From contig MNCI01002124.1 of the NCBI GenBank assembly GCA_015680685.1, forward strand, positions 1 to 59,868: a DNA stretch of 59,868 bases, read 5' to 3'. This DNA is from Gnetum montanum (Eukaryota > Plantae > Gnetophyta). The translations under genes and the position numbers were made by a program. Shown piece after piece: positions 50,950-59,868 of this stretch. The number at the start of each line of letters is the position of its first letter. Positions within the stretch are counted from its first letter, which is position 1. Below the pieces are notes generated by a model, which worked only from the letters and a program-made list of their open reading frames with translations, did not search any database and was not told the DNA's origin.

Positions 50950-53783
50950 GGTGCTACTATAAGTTATCTTGATCATCGTGGAGCTCATGGGCATTTTTTC
51001 TACATGAGCAAGCATAACACACCTACACTAGATATGTGAGTGGGTATTTGGGTAGTGTGGTTCTAACCAATGGCTCATGAGTTCTTAGAGCACCTACTAT
51101 AATAGTTTAGTATGATCATATGGTTGCACTTATTGTGAAGGTTGTTAGCACCATCACTAATATGTTGTTGCCTAGGGCTAACCAGGACATCCTAAGGTTC
51201 ATCTCAAATGAGCCTACTACTAGCAATGATGGGGAAAGTGACCTAGGTAGAGGAAATAAGAGTGCTTGATGCTTGATGCCTATCCAAGATATGGTGCATG
51301 ACAAGGTTCAGTTGCTATAATAAGAGGAACACTCTCTTCATCATGCTGCTAGTGCACACCCTATTCCAAAATCCACCTAGAACTTTCTACTATGCTAAAG
51401 GATAAGTACATTTGTAGTTTTCATAGTTTGTTACTTGCTACGTGCCCATGTTATATTGCTAATGAATTATGTTCAATGCTAGATTTAGAGTTGATGAGAA
51501 TGGCCTACATAATGAGGTAGATGCTCTAGCCTTGGCTTACACTACCCTAGAGGTATTCTCCTCTAGCCTGAATATTCGAATAGTAGTGCTTGAGTAGGTG
51601 GGATCTGATCTAGAGGTCTACCCCACCCAATACCAAAGGGCATACGAGTGGTGTAGGATCCATGAATGGTTGGACAAGGAGTGGGCCACCAGTGTGATTA
51701 ACATCGAGGAGACGCTTGCAGTTCCACCTTCATCTTGCACCCCATTTGTGCCACATATGCATCTACTATTTTAACTCTTGTGCTTGCTCATGTATGCTTG
51801 TTAATTTTCCTTTATGTGATGCTAACATTGTTTTGCCTTTGTTGTAGTAGTAGTTTCTTTAGGCAAGATGAAAATGATCATCATAGGCTGCACAAAGACC
51901 ACCCTCATCATTAAATATGGCACTATGGATGGTACGTAGCACTGGTTGTGCCACAAGGCATCAAATACATTAACTACTTGGGTTGAACATGTGGGGTTAA
52001 TGGACCTATTTTTGATCCTTAGCTTGAGTACCCTAGTGGTTGAAATGGTTACCATCATTAACTCCTTCAAAAGCGATGACAAGAAATTTGTCACCTAATT
52101 GCACGATGTGACAAGGATGCTTGACCTTAGTAAGGCCTTCTTCGCTAACATCTTTGGTATTTTCATGGATGGTCCAATGATTGTCAATAAGGCCAGTAGG
52201 GAGGTGGACCATAGAGGGGAGATCAAGGACTAGTTAGGAGCCATCTAATCTCACAAGGGCATACCAAATAAAGATGTGCTTATGCCTGAGGTATGGGAGT
52301 TCCACCCTCTTCTCTGCACTCATGTCTTTCTAAAGTTTCTCTTCTAAGGAAAGATCCTTAGGGTGGATTAGGCATGAGTGATGATAAAGGTGGTGTTAGG
52401 GGATACAAGATTTAACTAGGCTACCTATATCACCATTGGTTTGCATTTGATGATTTCTAAGCTAAGGTTTAATATTCAAGGAAGGTCCCATGTTCACTTC
52501 ACATTCTTTGCAAGATATTTGCAAATGTTCACGAAGGTCTTTGTTTTGTGTCATTGTGGGCAATGGTTTGTGTAGGATCATGAGCAGCTATCCAAGCCAT
52601 GGATTAAGTACCTATTTATAACCACATGAGCATAGGACCCCCTAGAGGAGATTGATAATTCATTATCCAAAATGACTAAAGGTCCCATGGGGCCATCACA
52701 TTATTCATGTGATAGTGCAATCAAGGGCCCTCCAATTGGCATTAGGGACATGAACAAGGTGGATCGCTACATTGCAGAGATGGTTGGACCATCTAAGGAA
52801 AAGTTTAAGAGGTCATGTCCTATGGAAGAGGATGCTTCTAAGGCTAGGAGGAAAAGCAGCAAAATGATCCATATCAAGTTTCAAAGATTGCACATAGAGG
52901 TTATAGACTAGTATGCATAACTTGTTAGATGCACTTATTGCATTAATGTATGTTCATATTTTTATGTTTTCATTTATGCTATGCTGTTAATTAGTATTGA
53001 TGTGCTATGCATACATGCTGATTGCAGAGACTAGAGAGAGGGCTGCTAGAGTAGTGACCAAGGTGGTAGTAGAAGAAGTATTCCCTCAAGCTGATGAGGG
53101 AGAGGCTCATGGAGATGAGATACCTAGCATAGTAGAGACCATCTAGCAATTAGAGAAGTGGTTTCTCCAATTGATGAGGGTGAGTTTGATTGCCTATTTG
53201 AGGGTGTGGAGCTAGGTGAACCCCTTGCACTCATGCTTGAGGGTTTGTTAGGTAACTACTTTTTGTTGCCATCTGTTATTACCTTTTTCTCTAGAAACTT
53301 GGGGTGTTCATTATATGCTAACAACATCATTATGTTGTAGCCTTAGATGTCCTTACTACTAGTTCTACCCCTACCTACCGCATGGAGCCATGGATAGACA
53401 TGCTTGACAACTTTGCCCAAATGAAAGACATCATTGAGGACATGGTGGACTATTTATAATAGGTGGATCTCAAGCTTGATATGTGTGATATTTTTTTAGT
53501 ATATTTCTCTACTACTTGCACACTTTTTTGTTGGCTAAGATTGATTACTTGTTGCATGCTTGTAGGTTTCAAGCTTTGATGGGATCTGAGTAGGATGGCC
53601 AAAGTGGATGCCCTTCTTGACCTCCCTCCTAAGGTAGATCAAGTTTCTCATCACATGTATGAGATAGTAGGTAACTGTGTACTTTCTTGTGTAAAGGCAT
53701 TGTGCATTTGTAGGTGCTTGAATGAGCACTTATGGAAATGTATGCACAAGCTTCAAGAGAGAGTGAATAGTCAAGATACAAAG
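50950..53783 (+). pseudogene. Accessory gene of C (antisense to its pol), truncated by the D2 insertion
   Basis: LIIVELMGIFFY, ALALAYTTLEVF...YPTQY, IINSF...IFGI, FN*ATYI...FARYL and DALLDLPP match A and B. Introns at 52911-53027 and 53252-53340, acceptor at 53565. Confidence 0.8.
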
Positions 53784-54269
53784 TGTTGGCACATTTTAGC
53801 CATTTAATGGAGCAGGGTTTCTGAGGTTGTGAAGATAATCATATAACTAACATTCACCCTGATTTAAACATTGACAATATTTTATTGGATGAAGACTTTT
53901 CAGAGGTGTTGGGTTGGTAGTTTGAAAGGTTATTCTCTAATTGATTCACTAGCAAATATAGTTTTGTTTAAGATAAATGATCAATTATTCAGACTTCATG
54001 AGAATCCTCTACCAGCTATTTTAGTGTCAAAGAAGTTCACTGGATCTACAAACATGTATTGACGTACAAGTCAAGAAGTGGGTTTGGTTAACCTCCATAA
54101 GGTTTTGAGGAATAGTTAATCAAAAACAGCAGAAAATTTTGAATATGGAGAAACATCAATTTGTTGAGGCAGAGCTTCAAAGAATAGAAAACGAACTCCC
54201 AGAGCTAAAGAAGTAGCTTGATTCCACAGAGTATGAAAAGAAAAAAAGCACAAGGAAAGCAATTGCAAA

Positions 54270-54640
54270 AATAGATGATTTTTTTTACGGACAGTAACAA
54301 GCATGATTATGATTGGCTTTTGACTCCTCCTAGTAGTCCACCCTCCTACGATAACATTGCAAGAATAGCAGCCATATCTTCTCTGGCCAAGCATTGGTGT
54401 CGAAAGTTCATTGAATCAACAATCATCTATGTCTTTTCCTCCTGTGCGAACCTCACCTGGGTCATCAAGTAGCAGTAGTAGAGGAAAAATTATAACTTAT
54501 TCGCATCAAAATGCAAACTCAAGCCGCAGCTACTTCATGGATTCCAGCCATGATAAGGAGAACATCCCCATTGTGAAATTGAAAATAGTGGCCAGATTAT
54601 TGCAAAGCCACCTCCCAATTTGAGAACCTTAGCCCCGCAG
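54270..54640 (+). pseudogene. Captured fragment of a host BPP-family (basic proline-rich, microtubule-associated) gene inside the LTR
   Basis: DDFF-TDSNKHDYDWLLTPPSSP (54275-54340) and, after a Ser-rich stretch, PPPNLRT (54608-54628). These are two motifs I recognise from this plant family, in the expected order. Frameshifted. Confidence 0.72.
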
Positions 54641-55558
54641 GAGCATTCATCATCTGCCAAAATGTTTGCAGTTTCTGCAACACCTGTTGTAGAATCCGCC
54701 TCGAAATCTAGCCTATGGGGCTATGAAGGTTTTGAAAAGAAATCTGTATGATGTCAGCATTTTTTTGGATGGCACGATCCTCTTCCATCACCAAACGTGC
54801 GAGACAACGCCTAGAGTTTGATCTTGATGAAATCCTCCATCATCGAATATGTTACTTACCTTCCTATGTGCCAGAGGAGGGATCTCCTGCAGCAACGGTA
54901 GCTACACCTGTGTTTATTGAGCATTTCTGCGGCACTTAATGCACCATACACGAACAAGGCCCACGTGTAGAAGTAGGTCATCATCACCGAGGGTTTGTAG
55001 TTCCAAGCCATTTCACTGCCGACATGGGAGAGATGGCAACTGCTGCTGAACTGTGCATAGAAGTGGTTCTAACTACCATCGTATTTTTGGGAGGTTTAGT
55101 GGGCGAGACAATTTTGGTGGAGTAGAGCATAAGCTGCGGGGATGGGTTGCACGCAGGAAAAGCTATCGGGAAGTTGGTTTAACTGCATACGGCATCCTCC
55201 ACAATATCTCTTGGTTAACTTTGTAAAATTATTTAAGGCCTTCACTTTTGAAAAATATATTTTCTTTTTTTCTTCATCGGCCACCCCTAAATCAATTTTA
55301 TATTCAATTATATTCATTTGTGAAGATCTAGTTTCATCACTAGACATAGGAGTTTCTTGTGTAAAAATGAAACATTTCTAAAGCCTCAACTTAACAGAGA
55401 TGAACATTGGATGTAAATATTGGATACCTCTATATAAAAATATATTCAAAGACAAAAATTCATGAGATATTTACCCAATATCATACATGAACTAGACACT
55501 TGTTATCTGTAGCATTTTTATCTATATGATGGTTACAACCACTTAAGATTTTTTGTAA

Positions 55559-55653
55559 CTTACCTAACTTGTTGGGCAAGTAACCTCCTAACTTGTTGGG
55601 CAAGTAATCTCCTAACTGGTTGGCCAAGTTACTTGGGAGAGAAGTTAGGTAAG
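55559..55653. repeat. 24-bp triplication enclosed by 12-bp inverted repeats, upstream of the D2 TATA box
   Basis: CCTAACTTGTTGGGCAAGTAA x3, flanked by CTTACCTAACTT ... AAGTTAGGTAAG. Absent from D1. Confidence 0.8.
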
Positions 55654-56932
55654 ATATTTTTGAATATGTAACTACCTTTGAACCCTATAAAAAGGCTTCA
55701 GGGGTAAGAAGAAAAGATCATCATGAAGGGTCTCATTTTCTACTAGCTAGCACTTGGGCTCTCACTTGGAGACACTTTGAGTCTTGGGAGAAGAGCATTG
55801 TAAAGAAGAAATTGTGAATAATTGCTTATAAGATGGCTTGCTAAAGAAATAATTTCAGCCTCTTTGTCATAGTCCTATGAGTTATGTTTTATGTTTATTT
55901 TGTTTAAATTGTTTAGCTAGTGGTTTAGATAGTATCATCATTGGCAAGTAATTTTGGGATTTTTAGATTGCTCTTATTGTCCTTGTTGCCCGATAGAAAT
56001 TTCTGTCAAAATTTTTCCATAGAAGAGCTTGTGTTTAAAAGCTTTCAGAGCATTTTAGTATTAAATTTTATTATTGTGCAACATATAGGAACTGCTATTG
56101 AGATCATTGTAAGAGAGCCTCTGCTTGTAGTCATGTCGTTGAACGATTCAATAGTCAAGAGGGTTCAAAAAATATTTGGTATCTTGATGGGACTAGAATA
56201 GCTTCTTTTTCATCTTTAAAGTGAATCTCCATGGTATTTCAATCAGAAATTGTCAAGTCTTTTGAAGGTTTTGTTGAATGCAATTTTTGACATTCATTAT
56301 CTAGCCAAAATGGAGTCTTGTATGTGGTACTTTACACAACAATTTTTGGGGGGCATAGTAGGATTGTCTTGAAGAAATTGCTTATTTGAGCCTTGGAAGT
56401 TTGAACAATTAATAGATATTGAATTTGGGATAGCTTTATTGAGAAGTGTTTACTCGTGTCATTTTACCTTGTTTAAATATTTGATGTCCATGCAAATCTA
56501 CTTTCTTTTCTGTCTATTTCCATTGAATCTTGCTCTGTTTCTCATTTTCTTGTGGAACTATCTCTTTCCCTGGGGAAAATTACAGGTAGATTGGTAGAGT
56601 TGTGCTCAAATGTTTTTGCAAAATTTTATTTCTTACAAGTAGGTATTATAAGGACTGCATAGTCTAGAAAATTGAACAAAATAGGAACTCTTAACAACTC
56701 ACAATACTTGAAAAAGTTGGCTAAATCTCTTTAAGACAAGTCATCTATAGTTTACACATAACGCAATCATTTCATTTTTCACAACTGCACGCTGCAATAG
56801 CACACACACATACTCACATTAACTACTGAGTTTATTTGGAGGTATTTGGGCCTTGGTGTTTCCAGAAACGAGTAGGTACCTAAATCCTATTCGAGGAGTG
56901 GTTGCATCCCAAACGGTCGCCAACAGTTCTTT

Positions 56933-56949
56933 TGGCGCTAGAATGAGGG
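56933..56949 (+). promoter_or_regulatory. Primer binding site of D2 (tRNA-Asn)
   Basis: TGGCGCTAGAATGAGGG, one mismatch from the complement of the plant tRNA-Asn 3' end (TGGCGCTAGAAGGAGGG), 7 nt after the LTR. Confidence 0.8.
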
Positions 56950-57050
56950 CTAAAAGTTTAGCCTCTAGGTTCATAAGCCTTATAATTTTAGCACATCAAT
57001 AGTTCTTTGTTACTATAGAGGCTTAATATATTAGATACTATTTTCAGTTC

Positions 57051-59868
57051 ATGACCAAGAAGATTGATAGTTTGGAAAGTTTCAAAGTTTCAAAAGATAT
57101 TCTAGATTCTAAGACTGTTTCTTCATTAGAAGAAGAAGAAAAGAAAGATTTTGATTTGGGAACAAGTAGTGGAGTGAAAACTAGAAGATCAAGAAGATCA
57201 CCCATTATTTCTGGTTTGTCGATTCGTAAGAGAAGATCTAGAAAGTCTAAAAGTTCAACTATCCAAAGGAATAAGATGGAAAATACTTGGCAAGGAGTTA
57301 CACCATTAGGATTTGAAAATTACAATGACATTTCTAAGGTAGTTTAAAAATATTTTCCTGAGCCTTTTATTCCTGGAAAAGCTTATTTAGCTAAAGAATA
57401 TATTCATATGTTTGAGTTAGCTTTAGCTCATGCAAATATTCAACATCAAGATCAAGCTTGTAGGTTGTTTGTATCAAATCTAAAGGATATGGCTAAAATT
57501 TGATATTAGAACTTACCAAGTAATAGTATTACAAGTTGGCATGACATGAAGAATCTTTTCTTAGCCTAGTTTGGTAATCAATTAGATCAACAACAACTAT
57601 ACTGTGGGCTAATACAAGCTAAGTAAGGAGTTAAAGAGTCAATTAGAGATTTCAACATCAAGTTTCAACGAATTTGTTGACTCTTTCAAAGACAATATAG
57701 ACCATCAAAAGAAATGCTTAAAGAAACTTATCTTAAGGCTGTCAACCCCAACATTTCAATTTGGTTAAGGAGAACTCCAAACTTAGCTACGCTAAATGAC
57801 TACTTTAGTGAAGCTATAAAGTTAGAAAAACGGTTGAACTTGAATCCTGAAGAAAATATCACAATTTGAAAAAGAGAAGAAAGAGTTATGATTCCTATGC
57901 AAGATTTCACTCAATTTAAAGCTTTACCAGGTCCATCTCATGTTAAGATTTAGAAAGAACATGAAAGAGTAGGATCTGAAAAAGGACAATTAATGAGAGA
58001 TATGTCTAACAAAATAGTGAATCTTAAAAAAGCTTTGGCAAGGGTTAATATCAAGGAAGAAAGGAAAAATAGGAAGCATAAACATCAAGACACTAAGTTA
58101 GTAGAAGATGAGGATGAAAGTGACCTTATTATATCCAACTTTCTTGATATTAAATCTGATAATGAGTTATTGAGTGTTCATTATACAAGTAAATCTTCTA
58201 GCAATGGATCAAGCGATACTTATTCTCTATCAAGTTCTGAAGAAGATATGTCTTCAGATGAAGAATGTAATAACAATGAGGAAAATAGATATAGTCTTCA
58301 ATCTAAGGAAATAGTAACTACTTCTAGACCCCCAAATGTTATTACTGATCCCTCTACTAAGAGAAAAGATTTTGAGCCAAGGAGAAGAGATAAGAATAAA
58401 GGAAAAGATAATCAAGTGGAGAAAAGTACTCCAAATCAGTCTTTTCATAAATGGATAAAGAAACCAAGCTTTATTGTTGATGGAGAGTATGATTTGATTG
58501 AAGAAATTAAACATGTCAAGGCCAATATTAGCTTTTATCAGTTGCTTCAAATAGGAGATTAGCAAAGAAAGGCCTTAGACTTCATTAAAGGTAAAAGGAG
58601 AGTTAGAGAATCAGAGTTAAGTTATGTGTCTAATAATGATGAGAAATTGAAGACCTCCTATGATAAGGAAGCTCCTCCTTTTCTTTTGACAATGAAATTG
58701 AAGGATAAATACTTACACAATTGTTTGGTTGATTCTAGAGCTACGTCTACTATAATGCCATTGTCTATATGTAAGAACCTTGGTTTGATTCCTGAAAAAT
58801 CAAATAAAAAGATTGTTCAAGTGGATAAAAGTAGAGTGAATATTGTGGGTCAATTACCAAATGTTCTATTGGAAATTGCTTCTGAACCTCGCATTAGAAG
58901 TAGAGTAACTATTCAAGTGGCAGATATACCAGATTCACATAGTCTCTTATTGACTAGAACTTGGAGCAAGAATTTCTCAGGTTACTTATCAACAGATTAT
59001 TCTCACATGTGGTTACCTTGCAGAGGAGAACCAAATCAGATATACATCTATAGCAAACCTTTGATGATTGATAATATTACTTCAAATGGAAAAAGTAAAA
59101 TGGTTGAAAAAGGAAGTGTTGAAAACAAAATTTGTACACTCCAAGAAAATTATGATTCTGAAAAAGAACAATCAAAGAAAGAGGATAAATGGAAGATATA
59201 CTTTGATAGTTCATGTAATTTAAAAGGTGCAGGAGTCAGTATAGTTATATTAAAAAATGATTCACTTGAAATTCTCAAGGCAATTCATGTATCTTTCCCT
59301 TACACTAACAACAAGGCTAAGTATGAAGCTTTATGTATTGGTATGAGAATAGCTTTAGACAAAAAGATCAAAGAAATTACTATAAAAGGAGACTCAAGAT
59401 TAGTCTGTGAACAAGTAAAGGGTAATTGTGTAGTAAAGAGCTCATTCTTGAGACCTTATAAGCAACTTGCTTGTAAGATATTAGATCAGTTTCAACATTG
59501 TCGAATAGAGCATATAAACAGAGTAGAGAATCTTATAGCAGATGATTTGGCAATGGTAGCTTCAACATTGGATATGCAAATATTAGAAAGTTACAAAGAT
59601 TTTATGATTGAAGAAGAACATCAGCCATCAGTACCGGATAATATAAGACATTTACAAGTATTTGAAGATGATGATCAGGTACTAATATTCATGAAAAACA
59701 AGCAAGAATTTGAGGGTTAGGTGACACCTGAAACATCATCAAATTCCAAAGCTAATTTCATTCCAAAAAGGATGATTTATTTGGAACATGAGTTCAAGAA
59801 AAATTTACTTACCAGAAAAGCTTTACAAAACCTAGATAGTCAAGCTTTCAAGGTAGTGAATTTTGAAT
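57051..59868 (+). pseudogene. gag-pol of D2: capsid, protease, then aRH directly after protease; single frame with in-frame stops
   Basis: HQDQACRLFVSNL...NLPSNSITSW (capsid); YDLIEEIK...ISFYQLL; PPFLLT...NCLVDSRATSTIMP (PR); WKIYFDSS...TNNKAKYEAL...GDSRLV...ENLIADDLA (aRH). ORFs at 57051, 57993 and 58626 share one frame. Confidence 0.92.

Larger units (their letters stand above)
41444..53783 (-). mobile_element. Element C: third, more diverged member of the split Tat family, inserted in B and interrupted by D2
   Basis: On the minus strand the order is antisense gene, 29-bp repeats, pol, ~30-bp repeats, PPT, LTR. Left boundary uncertain. Confidence 0.8.
53784..56925 (+). repeat. 5' LTR of D2 (3142 bp) including ~1.7 kb of variable U3
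   Basis: Perfect 7-bp inverted termini. The 5' tip is shared with D0 and the 3' ~1.4 kb with D1. Confidence 0.8.
53784..59868 (+). mobile_element. Element D2: TatII-like Ty3/gypsy retrotransposon, 5' part
   Basis: LTR with TGTTGGC...GCCAACA termini, PBS, then gag-PR-aRH running off the right edge. The insertion cuts the accessory ORF of C exactly at 53783/53784. Confidence 0.88.

Noticed and set aside
53779-53783. Target-site preference AAAG|TG (also at 881-884 on the minus strand and at 41440-41443)
   Set aside because: Too few sites in an AT-rich background; one boundary is uncertain and the D1 flank does not fit.
54270-54640. A functional resident BPP gene
   Set aside because: Frameshifted, partial and enclosed within LTR termini.
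2360-56925. D1 and D2 as the paired LTRs of one 54-kb element
   Set aside because: The PBS and gag follow D2, not D1. The two are clearly diverged with different U3 content, and no PPT precedes D2.

Overview
AT-rich land-plant heterochromatin, strongly depleted in CG/CHG and made almost entirely of nested, degenerate Ty3/gypsy LTR retrotransposons. No intact host gene, RNA gene or CRISPR array is visible. The PR-aRH order of element D2 suggests a gymnosperm-like genome (inference). Three diverged copies of one Tat-clade family are present: A 3781-31975 (+), B 31976-~41443 (+) and C ~41444-53783 (-). Their layout is unusual. A short ORF1 ending in protease has no visible capsid domain, and it is separated from a stand-alone RT-RH-aRH-INT ORF by a multi-kb insert. 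That insert carries an antisense, multi-intron accessory gene and a hairpin-forming ~190-bp tandem array, bracketed by 29-bp repeats. A chromovirus (E, 9388-18345), itself carrying a spliced antisense ORF upstream of gag, interrupts A. A second Tat family (D; TatII-like gag-PR-aRH, tRNA-Asn PBS) contributes three LTR pieces: D0 <1-880 (-), D1 ending at 3780 (+) and D2 53784-56925 (+). Their U3 regions hold unrelated cargo between a conserved tip and a conserved core, and the D2 cargo includes a fragment of a host BPP-like (basic proline-rich) gene. All alignments and translations were done by eye. Boundaries marked ~ are approximate.
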